A DNA stretch of 64,000 bases from the NCBI GenBank assembly GCA_052168235.1, contig JBQLZK010000002.1, forward strand, positions 1 to 64,000, read 5' to 3'. Below the pieces are notes generated by a model. It saw only the letters and a list, made by a program, of their open reading frames with translations. It searched no databases and had not been told where the DNA came from. Made by a program: the position numbers and the translations under genes. Within the stretch, counting starts at the first letter, position 1, and every line of letters starts with the position of its first letter. This DNA is from Thainema sp. GTDB lineage: Bacteria; Cyanobacteriota; Cyanobacteriia; Phormidesmidales; Phormidesmidaceae. This document shows, piece after piece, positions 22,295-31,535 of the stretch.

Positions 22295-25200
22295 ATGAAA
22301 TATTCAACCGATCTGCGTCAACTGAGAAAAGAGTGGCAGCCCCGCAACAGAGTCGTGTCGCTGCTCTTGATTAGTGGCACCATCTTAGCCGTTGGCGCGA
22401 CGGCATTCACCAGCTACTGGTTTGTCCGCAATCTGATTTTGGACACGCTGAAGAATCATGCCCTGTCCAAAGTGGAAAAAGCTGGAGATGAGGTGGACGT
22501 TTGGCTATCGGGACGGCTGGGGGAAGTGGCCGCGATGGCCGAAACCTATGAAATTCGCTCGATGGATTGGGATATTGCCGAACCCTATCTTCAGCTAGAG
22601 CAGGATCGGCTGTCTGACTTCTGGATGTTCATTCTGGTCAATCCTGATGGCACTTACTACACCACTCGTACAGGGTTTGCCGAAGGTCAGAACCTGACCG
22701 ATCGCGCTTATTTCCAGATGGCGATGCAGGGCAAGGCACAAGCGTCTGACATGATTATTTCGCGCACGACGGGCAAGCGGCAGATTAATATTTCGGTGCC
22801 CGTTTGGTCGTTTCCGCCCGCCAATTATGACCAACTGCCAGAGGATCGGGTTGATATTCGTAGGGAAAGCTTACAGCGCCTGGGCCTACCGGATGATCCG
22901 AATGCTGAACCGGAGGTGATTGGCAATTTTGCAGGCAATATACCTGTCACCCATGTTACGAATGTCGTCAATCGCACCCAATTAGGTGAAGGCAGCTACG
23001 CTTTTGCGCTCGATTCCAACGGCGTACCGATTGCCCACCCCAACGAAGAATTTCTTCAAGGGCTGGACAGCTTTTTAGATTCCGATAATCCAGCTCTGGC
23101 CCAAACGGCAGCCTCAATGGTGGCTCAGAAGTCCGGTGTGGAGCTGATGGAGATAGACGGGCAGTGGGTCTATGTCGCCTACAGCCCTTCGGAGCAGTCC
23201 AACTGGTCGCTGGCGCTGGTGATTCCGCGTCAGAACTTGGAGCATGAGCTACACGCCTTAAACTTATTGGCGTTAGTCATCGGCTGTCTGCTGCTGATCG
23301 CTACGATTACGGCCCTGCGCCAGGTGCAGATGCTCGATCAAACCCGCGATCGCGCCAATGAAGAAGCCCTGCTCAACCGGATGACGCGGCGGATTCGTAA
23401 GTCTTTGGATCTCGATACCATTCTGCAAACCACAGTGGAAGAAGTGGCCAATCTGCTTAAGCTGGATCGAGTGGCCTTTGCCTGGTTAGATTTGCACAAC
23501 AACCAGTTCGTTAAGGTTTGCGACTATGTTTCCACCAACCAGCCCCGATTAACCCGCGAACAGGAAGCAGCCCTATTTGAAAGTTTGGCCCAGCATACAA
23601 AGCCGGGTGAATCTCTGCGGTTTGCCAAGGTCACCAACCTGCAAGACTGGACGGCTGAGGCTCGACAGGCGGTTGAGCAGGCAGGCATTCAGAGCTGTTT
23701 TGCGCTGCCTGTTCGACTCGGCACGTCGAAACGGATTGGCTACCTAATCTGCACGCAAAGCAAAGCCCGTCGCTGGGATGAGCGGGAAGCCAAGCTGCTC
23801 ACTGCCGTGACCGACCAAATGGCGATCGCAATTAACCAGGCCAGCCTGTATCTGCGGACGCAGGAGCAAGTCGAGATTGTCAGCACCCAGGCTGAACAAC
23901 TCAAGGAAGCCAGCGCCCAGATTCGCGACACGCTAGCTTACCTGACGACTATTATTAACAACCTGGTAGACGGTCTGCTCGTCACCGATGCAGCGGGCAC
24001 GATTACCCAAGCCAATCCCGCCTTTGCCGAAATGTTTGGTTTGGATGCTCATCAGATCATCAATCAGCCTTGTCAGCAGGTGCTGGATAGCGATCTAGCA
24101 GATTTAATCTACAAAACCCAGCAGTTTCCAGACGAAGTGTTTACCGCCGAGCTGTCGCTGATTGGTGGGCGAACCGGACAAGCGATCGCAACTGCCATTC
24201 ATAAACACGCTGATCAACCCACCAGCCCTGATAATCCACCCATACTGTCCGATCCCACCATCAACCATCAACCCATCAACCATCAACTACTAGCATCTAA
24301 CTCCACCATTAACCCTGAACCCCGACTCGGCACTGTTATCCTGATCCGCGACATCACCGCCGAAAAAGAAGTCGATCAGATGAAGACGGACTTTATCTCG
24401 ACGGTCTCTCACGAGTTACGGACGCCGCTCACCTCCGTGCTCGGTTTCGCCAAGATCATCAAGAAGAAGCTGGACGATGTGGTGTTTCCCCTGGTTGATT
24501 CCGACGACAAGCGGGTGAATCGCACCGTGCGCCAGGTGAAGGACAATATCGACATTATCTTGACCGAAGGGACGCGACTGACAACGCTGATCAACGACGT
24601 GCTCGATATCGCCAAGATGGAAGCAGGCAAAGTTGAGTGGAAAATGGAATCGCTCAGCATTGCCGAGGTGATCGCACGTGCGATCGCAGCAACTTCTGCT
24701 CTATTCGAAGCCAAGCAACTGCGCCTGGTGCGGGAGATTGAGCTGGATCTGCCGCCGATTATGGGCGATCGCGATCGCTTAATTCAGGTGGTGATTAATC
24801 TGCTCTCGAACGCCGTCAAGTTTACCGATGAGGGCACTGTCACCTGTCGCGCGGTCTGCATCGAGCAGGACATTGTGGTCAGCGTGATTGACACGGGATC
24901 GGGGATTGCGCCGGAAAACTGTGACAAGGTGTTTGAGAAGTTCAAACAGGTGGGCGATACGCTGACCGATAAGCCGAAGGGCACGGGCCTGGGCCTGCCG
25001 ATCTGCGCTCAGATTGTGGAGCATCATCAGGGGCGCATCTGGGTTGAGAGCGAACTGGGCAAGGGCAGCACGTTCCGGTTTACGCTGCCTGTTCAGTCGG
25101 AAACTCGCGATTACGTACAGCGAATTGATTTGGACTCTCTGCTGAAGCAGCTTTCGCCTGCTCAAAACTTAGCTTCTATTCCGGTAATTGACTCAACCGC

Positions 25201-25849
25201 CAAAACGATTCTGATTGTGGACGATGAAGCCCATATCCGCGAACTGCTGCGGCAGCATCTGGAGGCCGAGGGCTATCACATTGAAGAGGCTGAGGACGGG
25301 CGGGAAGCGATCGGTAGGGTCAAGCAGGTTGGGCCGGATTTGATCATTTTGGACGTGATGATGCCCGATGTGAACGGGTTTGACGTGGCAGCGGTGATTA
25401 AAAACGACCCGCTGACGATGGGTATCCCGATTATGATTCTGTCAATTTTGGAGCATCAGGAACGCGGGCAGCAAATTGGTGTTGATCGCTATTTAACGAA
25501 GCCGATCAATACCGAGGAACTGCTGCAAGCGGTGCGGGAACTGATTTCTCAGGGTGGATCAAAGCGTCGGGTCTTGGTTGTCGATGAAGATGCGCTGACA
25601 GTGCAAACGCTGGTGGACGTGCTTAAAACCAAAGGATTTACAGTTGCCGAAGCCAGCAACGAAACTGAACTGATGGAAAAAGTGCTGGCGGCTCAGCCGG
25701 AAATGGTGATTGCCAACGCCAATTTCTGGGAGCGATCCGACGCGGTGAAGACGCTCAAGTTAAAGAAAGGGCTAGAACATATTTCATTTCTGCTGATCGC
25801 CGATCACGATACCCATGATGCAACTGAGCCTGAAACAACTACTCCGTAA
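22295..25849 (+). CDS. Hybrid sensor histidine kinase (TM-Cache-TM-GAF-PAS-HisKA-HATPase-REC-REC-like)
   Basis: SHELRTPL H-box, NLLSNAVKF, DTGSGI, GTGLGL and receiver ILIVDDE...ILDVMMP. The upstream ORF extension is read-through of REP sequence, so start placed at ATG 22295. Confidence 0.93.
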   Translation: MKYSTDLRQLRKEWQPRNRVVSLLLISGTILAVGATAFTSYWFVRNLILDTLKNHALSKVEKAGDEVDVWLSGRLGEVAAMAETYEIRSMDWDIAEPYLQLEQDRLSDFWMFILVNPDGTYYTTRTGFAEGQNLTDRAYFQMAMQGKAQASDMIISRTTGKRQINISVPVWSFPPANYDQLPEDRVDIRRESLQRLGLPDDPNAEPEVIGNFAGNIPVTHVTNVVNRTQLGEGSYAFALDSNGVPIAHPNEEFLQGLDSFLDSDNPALAQTAASMVAQKSGVELMEIDGQWVYVAYSPSEQSNWSLALVIPRQNLEHELHALNLLALVIGCLLLIATITALRQVQMLDQTRDRANEEALLNRMTRRIRKSLDLDTILQTTVEEVANLLKLDRVAFAWLDLHNNQFVKVCDYVSTNQPRLTREQEAALFESLAQHTKPGESLRFAKVTNLQDWTAEARQAVEQAGIQSCFALPVRLGTSKRIGYLICTQSKARRWDEREAKLLTAVTDQMAIAINQASLYLRTQEQVEIVSTQAEQLKEASAQIRDTLAYLTTIINNLVDGLLVTDAAGTITQANPAFAEMFGLDAHQIINQPCQQVLDSDLADLIYKTQQFPDEVFTAELSLIGGRTGQAIATAIHKHADQPTSPDNPPILSDPTINHQPINHQLLASNSTINPEPRLGTVILIRDITAEKEVDQMKTDFISTVSHELRTPLTSVLGFAKIIKKKLDDVVFPLVDSDDKRVNRTVRQVKDNIDIILTEGTRLTTLINDVLDIAKMEAGKVEWKMESLSIAEVIARAIAATSALFEAKQLRLVREIELDLPPIMGDRDRLIQVVINLLSNAVKFTDEGTVTCRAVCIEQDIVVSVIDTGSGIAPENCDKVFEKFKQVGDTLTDKPKGTGLGLPICAQIVEHHQGRIWVESELGKGSTFRFTLPVQSETRDYVQRIDLDSLLKQLSPAQNLASIPVIDSTAKTILIVDDEAHIRELLRQHLEAEGYHIEEAEDGREAIGRVKQVGPDLIILDVMMPDVNGFDVAAVIKNDPLTMGIPIMILSILEHQERGQQIGVDRYLTKPINTEELLQAVRELISQGGSKRRVLVVDEDALTVQTLVDVLKTKGFTVAEASNETELMEKVLAAQPEMVIANANFWERSDAVKTLKLKKGLEHISFLLIADHDTHDATEPETTTP

Positions 25850-27227
25850 AAAAGATATCCAGGCGGTTTTTCACCAGCTTGCCAGCGCGATCGCACATCC
25901 CTTCTGCATCCAGTCCAGTGAGGGCACGGTGCTGCTGGGCGAGTATCGGCTCGACTATCCGCTGAAAACGCCCATCACGCTTGAAGATCAGGTACTCGGC
26001 TACGTCATGGGCGAAGCAGATTCAGTTGCGATCGCAACTCTCCTTTCATTCCTGGGACAGCGCGAACTAGATAAGAAAGCCTTGGCCCGCGAAACGCTAG
26101 ATCGGTATAAAGAAATCTCGCTGCTCTACAGCATTTCAGAGCAGATCACCGCGCAGCTCGACTTAAAATCCGTTGCTAGCCTAGTTTTGGACGAAGCGAA
26201 AAAGCTGGTGCAGGGCGATTGTGGTGCAGTAGTGCTCTACGACAAAGCTCAAGGGAGTTTTGAGACTATTGCCGAATTCTGCGATCGCGCTTTTAACGCC
26301 AGTGACATCACAATCGGTCAAGGCATCATCGGCAGCGTGTTTCAGAAGGGGATCGGCGAAATCGTCAACGATGTCAGCACCGACCCCCGTTGCCAAGCTT
26401 GTGATGCCCAGTATCACTCCCTGATCTGCACGCCGCTGAAGAATCAAGACCAGAGCATCGGTCTGCTAGTCGTGGGTAGTACAACGCCGATTAACTATAC
26501 CGCTGGCGACCTGAAACGCTTGAATGCGCTGGCTTCTCAAGCCTCAGCAGCGATTGAAAACGCTCTGCTGCACGAGCAGGAGCTGCGAGAAGCCCGCATC
26601 AAAAGCAACCTGGAGCGCTACGTCCCTGCCCAGGTGGTGCAGGCGATTCTGGAATCGAAGGGCAATATTTCCCTCGCCCCCGTCCGCAAAAACATCACCA
26701 TTCTGTTTTCTGATATTCGCAACTTCACCACCCAGTGCGAAGAGCTAGAGCCAGAGCGAATCGTCGGCTACCTAAACGACTATTTCAGCTACATGGTGGA
26801 CATCATTTTCAGCCACCAGGGGACGGTGAATAAATTCGTCGGCGATATGATTGTGGCGCTATTTGGCGCACCCTCGCCCGTACTCAATCACGAAAAACAA
26901 GCGATTCAAACTGCGATCGCAATGCAGCAGTGCCTCCAGTCGATCCCAATTGATTGGATTCGCGAAAATTTCCATACTGGAATTGGCCTCAGCTCCGGGC
27001 GGGTGATTGTCGGTAACATTGGCTCACCGCAGCATACGGACTACACCGCCATTGGCGACGAGGTCAACACCGCCTCCCGTCTCCAGGGCATTGCCAAAGG
27101 CGGCCAAATCCTGGTCAGTCGCAGTGTGTATGAGGCGACTCGTGCTGATTTTGACTTCAAGGAAATGGGCACGGTGCAGCTCAAGGGTAAACGCAACGGC
27201 ATCGAAGTGTTTGAAGTGAGATATTAG
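25815..27227 (+). CDS. GAF-domain class III adenylate/guanylate cyclase
   Basis: ILFSDIRNFT, NKFVGD, YTAIGDEVNTASRL and LKGK motifs; overlaps the end of the kinase gene. Confidence 0.93.
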   Translation: MMQLSLKQLLRKKDIQAVFHQLASAIAHPFCIQSSEGTVLLGEYRLDYPLKTPITLEDQVLGYVMGEADSVAIATLLSFLGQRELDKKALARETLDRYKEISLLYSISEQITAQLDLKSVASLVLDEAKKLVQGDCGAVVLYDKAQGSFETIAEFCDRAFNASDITIGQGIIGSVFQKGIGEIVNDVSTDPRCQACDAQYHSLICTPLKNQDQSIGLLVVGSTTPINYTAGDLKRLNALASQASAAIENALLHEQELREARIKSNLERYVPAQVVQAILESKGNISLAPVRKNITILFSDIRNFTTQCEELEPERIVGYLNDYFSYMVDIIFSHQGTVNKFVGDMIVALFGAPSPVLNHEKQAIQTAIAMQQCLQSIPIDWIRENFHTGIGLSSGRVIVGNIGSPQHTDYTAIGDEVNTASRLQGIAKGGQILVSRSVYEATRADFDFKEMGTVQLKGKRNGIEVFEVRY

Positions 27228-27274
27228 TGCGATCGCACGGATCAGGACAGTACGTACAAAGACAGTATCAAGAA

Positions 27275-27364
27275 TAGACTTTATTGGAAATTGTTTTGTA
27301 GCGCGGCGAAGCCGCGCTACAAAACAATTTCCAACCCCAAAAACTTTATTTCCAATAAAGTCTA
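27275..27364 (+). mobile_element. 90-bp MITE-like element, copy 1
   Basis: 17-bp perfect TIR TAGACTTTATTGGAAAT with TA ends; internal 24-bp stem with GAA loop; three copies in the window. Confidence 0.85.
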
Positions 27365-27398
27365 ATGTTCATGCTTCATATCTGACACAGGACTGGCA

Positions 27399-27812
27399 TT
27401 AGAACTGGTACAAGATACCGAGGTATTCACGATAGCCACAAATGTGTTCGCCACGGATATCAAACGAAATCGCCGCCTGATTTTGATAGGGTTTGCCCAT
27501 TACCTCACCTTCGGATTGCACCTCAAAGACGACAGTATAGTCATTCCAGGTAATCCGTTTGACGATTAGCTGGAGCCCTTGCGGAAAAAACTGAGACACG
27601 TAGGCGAAAAACTCAGCCGCTTTCTCCTTCCCACTGTGGGTTCCCTGGAATTTGCCAATCGGAAATTCAAAGGTAAAGTCGTCGGTAATCAACTTGAGAA
27701 ATGACTGCCACTCTCCCGTAGCTAAGCCATGTTGAAATGCTTCAAAGCCAAGCTGAGCCGTAATTAACAGCAAAGGAGTGGGTTCATGACGAATGCGATC
27801 GCGACTATTCAT
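27399..27812 (-). CDS. SnoaL/NTF2-like protein
   Basis: ITDDFTFEFP, VVFEVQSEG, YQNQAAISFDIRG and YREYL pattern; start uncertain. Confidence 0.8.
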   Translation of the reverse strand: MNSRDRIRHEPTPLLLITAQLGFEAFQHGLATGEWQSFLKLITDDFTFEFPIGKFQGTHSGKEKAAEFFAYVSQFFPQGLQLIVKRITWNDYTVVFEVQSEGEVMGKPYQNQAAISFDIRGEHICGYREYLGILYQF

Positions 27813-28130
27813 TAGTAACTCTATCTCAATAGCTTCGTAACAAAAGGGCTTCAAAAATGGCTCAAGAATGCAAGCAGCAGGTTTGGCAATCTATGCCTAC
27901 TATGCCCAAAGTTTGGTAGGGATACTCAGAAGTGATATTCAGATCATAATGTTGGGTTTACGTGAGGGATGCCCATACAGCCCAGCATCCTGTCTGTTTG
28001 GCGGCTACCTACAAGTTTAAGGTAGTGCGAAGATTGAATGATTACCCATGCGGGGACTATCCACCTAGGCAAATCCTGAATACAGTGAATATGATTTGAA
28101 CAGAAATAAAAGATACCCCTTCGGAATGCG

Positions 28131-29255
28131 ATGAAACGATTAATCGTCTGTTGTGATGGTACCTGGAATTCTCTACAGCGCCCCTCACAGGTCTCCCATA
28201 GTAACGTTGCAGAAATTGCCAAAGCGATTTTGCCCTACGATCCGCCGGAAGAATGCGATCAAACCGATGCAACTGCCGCCGGGGTGCAAACCGGGGTGCC
28301 ACAGATCGTGTTTTATGATGACGGTGTGGGCACGGGCTATCTAACCATTGATCGCTTTTTGGGCGGCACGATTGGCCTTGGCATTGATGCCAATATTCTG
28401 GAAGCCTATCGGTTTCTCTGCATGAACTACTGCCCTGGTGATGAAATCTATCTCTTCGGATTCAGCCGTGGCTCTTATACCATTCGCAGCTTGGGCGGAC
28501 TGATTAGTCGAATTGGACTGATGCGTCAGGATAAGCTCAATCAGTTGTGGAAAGCCTACAAGCTCTATCGGCAGCCCAAGCCCAATCCCAAGCAGCAACC
28601 CCAGGAACATCAGGCATTTGAAGACACAATCAAAGCGTTTCGGCAGGAGCACAGCATGCCCTATGAGGTGAAAATTAAGCTGTTGGCCTGTTGGGATACG
28701 GTTGGCTCGCTGGGAATTCCTAGAATTCCGCCACTGATGCCGCTGAAGTGGGTACTGGAAACTATATTTAATCTCAAGCACAGCTTCCACGATACAAATC
28801 TCAGTCCGATTATTGAAAATGCCATTCATGCGATCGCACTCAATGAAGATCGGCGCGTGTTTGATCTGACTCCGATGAATTTACCGTCCAATAGCCCTAC
28901 CCAGCTGGAGCAGTGCTGGTTCATCGGTAATCACGGCTGCTGCGGTGGCGGCACCCGCCAGCTATCTGCGATTAACTTTGTTTGGGTTACCGAAACAATG
29001 AAGGCGATGGGGCTCCCCCTCAAGCTGAATCCGGATGTGATTGAAGCGAATCGCCAGCAGCAGTATCCACTGCACCCGTATCAAACCTCAACAACCAAAT
29101 TGATCAATTTCCTATTCTGGATTTTCAATTGGCCGCCGTTTATGCCGCATCGCCGCAAAAATCCGCCCCAAGCTAAAATCCATCCCACTGTCATGGATCG
29201 ACTCAGCAAAGATTCAACCTACAAAAATCCGCTGCTCGAACAGCTGCAAGCTTAA
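28131..29255 (+). CDS. DUF2235 (Tle1-like) alpha/beta hydrolase
   Basis: KRLIVCCDGTWN, YDDGVGT, FGFSRG (GxSxG), WDTVGSLG and WFIGNH motifs. Confidence 0.92.
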   Translation: MKRLIVCCDGTWNSLQRPSQVSHSNVAEIAKAILPYDPPEECDQTDATAAGVQTGVPQIVFYDDGVGTGYLTIDRFLGGTIGLGIDANILEAYRFLCMNYCPGDEIYLFGFSRGSYTIRSLGGLISRIGLMRQDKLNQLWKAYKLYRQPKPNPKQQPQEHQAFEDTIKAFRQEHSMPYEVKIKLLACWDTVGSLGIPRIPPLMPLKWVLETIFNLKHSFHDTNLSPIIENAIHAIALNEDRRVFDLTPMNLPSNSPTQLEQCWFIGNHGCCGGGTRQLSAINFVWVTETMKAMGLPLKLNPDVIEANRQQQYPLHPYQTSTTKLINFLFWIFNWPPFMPHRRKNPPQAKIHPTVMDRLSKDSTYKNPLLEQLQA

Positions 29256-29320
29256 ACTCCTAAGCAAAACAGAGGGATGCAGCAAGAGCCGCATCTCTCT
29301 GTTTTGCTCTTTAGTTTCAG

Positions 29321-29410
29321 TAGACTTTATTGGAAATTGTTTTGTAGCGCGGCGAAGCCGCGCTACAAAACAATTTCCAACCCCAAAAACTTTATTTCCA
29401 ATAAAGTCTA
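29321..29410 (+). mobile_element. 90-bp MITE-like element, copy 2
   Basis: Identical to 27275-27364 and in the same orientation. Confidence 0.85.
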
Positions 29411-29424
29411 GAGAAGAAGACCAG

Positions 29425-30054
29425 TTAAGCTGGCAGCGGCTCCTTGAGATCCACCCAGTGCACCTGCACAAAGTGGGTAGGCCGACCCGTGGCATCATCC
29501 GGCACCTCAACAACCCGATCAACGGCTAGGTTAAATGGAATGGCCGTTGTAATGTACTGCTGTGCGATCGCACCCAATTCTGGAGCTAACTGGGCGGCGG
29601 CAGCAGTCGCGACTCCAAATCCCAGCAGTTGCTCAATAGGGCCTTTGGGCAAGAAAACATGCAGCCCTAACGCAAAGCCAGAGGCCAGCAGCATGCCTAC
29701 TGACAGATTCGTGCCACAGCGCGGATGGATAGCAAGCTGCCAATCCCCCTGGGTGAGCCGATGCAGCGCAATCGTCACTGCTCGCCTGAGCATTGCCGTT
29801 GTCACAGAGCCGTACAGGTAAAACCCCTGCTCTGTTGAAAATCCACCAAAGCTTTCAGTTTCATGAGGCAACCCAGCCTGTCGCGATCGCATTTCGCCCA
29901 ACACCCACACCGTGGCATGCTCAAGCGCGTGCACCTGCCGCACCATCAGCAACTCCCTTAGCCCAGGCAGGTAGTGCAGCTGAGCCAACAGATTGCTGTC
30001 CTGATATGGATAAGGATGATAAGCCGGGAATTGAAAATCTGAAGCTGCTACCAT
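29425..30054 (-). CDS. Conserved hypothetical protein (DUF6391-like)
   Basis: RQVHALEHAT (HxxEH) and LAIHPRCGTN motifs with a TM hairpin. Confidence 0.7.
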   Translation of the reverse strand: MVAASDFQFPAYHPYPYQDSNLLAQLHYLPGLRELLMVRQVHALEHATVWVLGEMRSRQAGLPHETESFGGFSTEQGFYLYGSVTTAMLRRAVTIALHRLTQGDWQLAIHPRCGTNLSVGMLLASGFALGLHVFLPKGPIEQLLGFGVATAAAAQLAPELGAIAQQYITTAIPFNLAVDRVVEVPDDATGRPTHFVQVHWVDLKEPLPA

Positions 30055-30211
30055 GAAACCTTACTTTCAGCCTCTTTTGAGGGGTGCAAGCTAAAACTAC
30101 TTTTCGGGGCTGCTTAATTTTTGGGGATGAATTGGGATGTAGAGGCAGCGCCTTGATATTCCAATTCATCCCCAAAATCAGCACTGCCAACTTTTCAGCT
30201 TATGGACGTAA

Positions 30212-31012
30212 CTAAGCCGTTGCTTCTTCTGCAACTGCTCCTTCTCCGACGCGACGGGCCACCTCAACGCCATTTTGCTCTAGAATCACCCGAGGTTCGC
30301 CGCCTTCACGTACTTCAATGCGCTTGACCAAAACTTGACCATTGGCAATCCGCTGTCCTTCACGCACATAGCGGCTCGGCTCGTTGGGGACGTCAACAAT
30401 GGCATAATCAACGCCACCGACTTCAACAACTCCTGTAACTACAACGGCGGTGGCTAATTCTACAGATGGAGTGGGTGCCACGGCGATATTACCGGGCGCT
30501 AGCGGACTAGACGGTTGCTGCCCACCCGGCTGGCTACCAGATGGCTGTCCTTGACCTGGGCCAGGTTGATTCGGTGTGCGTGGCTGAACATTGGGCGGAT
30601 TAGCCGGGGTCGTTGGCGTTCTGCCTCCTGGCGTAGCACCTCCACCGGGAGCTGTGCGCCCTCCAGGTGTACCAGGCTGGATCTGCGAGACGGGAACGGG
30701 TGGCGGTGGAATTGGCAAATTAGCAAAGGGATCTTCACGAGCCCCTACCCCAGATGAGATCTGCTGAACACGAGCATCAGCATCGGTGGATTGAATGAGC
30801 TCAGCGCTGGTCAAATCGGACGCCTCTGGAGGAGTGGGCAGTGCTTCCTCAGCCTCTGCTTCAGCCCCTGCTTCGGCTGGCTCTTCCGGAACTGGAACCA
30901 CCACCTCACTGGTGTCAGCCTGATCCTCTCCGCCGCCCCCAAAAAGCTGACAGCCGCTTATTGATAGGGCGAAGGCACCGGATAGGACTACAAGAAAAAG
31001 CTTACGCATCAT
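30212..31012 (-). CDS. Lipoprotein with Pro-rich linker and PilP/GspC-like C-terminal beta domain
   Basis: Signal MRKLFLVVLSGAFALSISG-C, REDPF motif and C-terminal GVVEVGGVDYAIV...YVREGQRI. Confidence 0.6.
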   Translation of the reverse strand: MMRKLFLVVLSGAFALSISGCQLFGGGGEDQADTSEVVVPVPEEPAEAGAEAEAEEALPTPPEASDLTSAELIQSTDADARVQQISSGVGAREDPFANLPIPPPPVPVSQIQPGTPGGRTAPGGGATPGGRTPTTPANPPNVQPRTPNQPGPGQGQPSGSQPGGQQPSSPLAPGNIAVAPTPSVELATAVVVTGVVEVGGVDYAIVDVPNEPSRYVREGQRIANGQVLVKRIEVREGGEPRVILEQNGVEVARRVGEGAVAEEATA

Positions 31013-31535
31013 CCGTCCCTCATGAACTCCATCACACTGGGCTTGAACATGGCGGCGATACCGAATCGGTGCGCCAATTAACAGACCCCTTAACCCCTCA
31101 ACGATAGCGCACTTCTTAGCGTTGCGTCCGTTTCTACATCGGCGCACAGGCAAACTGTTACGTAACGATAAACGATACGATTGCGGACTTTCGGTTTGTG
31201 ACTGTTTCGTGATTAATTCTTGACTGACTGGTCTAACTCGGACTTGTCATTTAAGAGTGAACTGGTACAAGAATATTGTTGTTGCTGATGTGTTTTACAT
31301 GGACGAATCTATAGTTTTCCTGTAGATTTAGGCTGCGATGCTGATGTATCTAGCTGATTTGCAGATTTAGATCTATAAGCAGAATGTGGCGATTTGCGCT
31401 CACCCTCTCTCAACATAAATCTTTACTTTTACGATCGTTGGTCAAATGTCCAACACTTAATCTCTTCTGCGATCGCAACCTCTTATCCCACTATCCAGAT
31501 TTCATCCAGACTCGCCCTACTAGAGCATTCCATTT

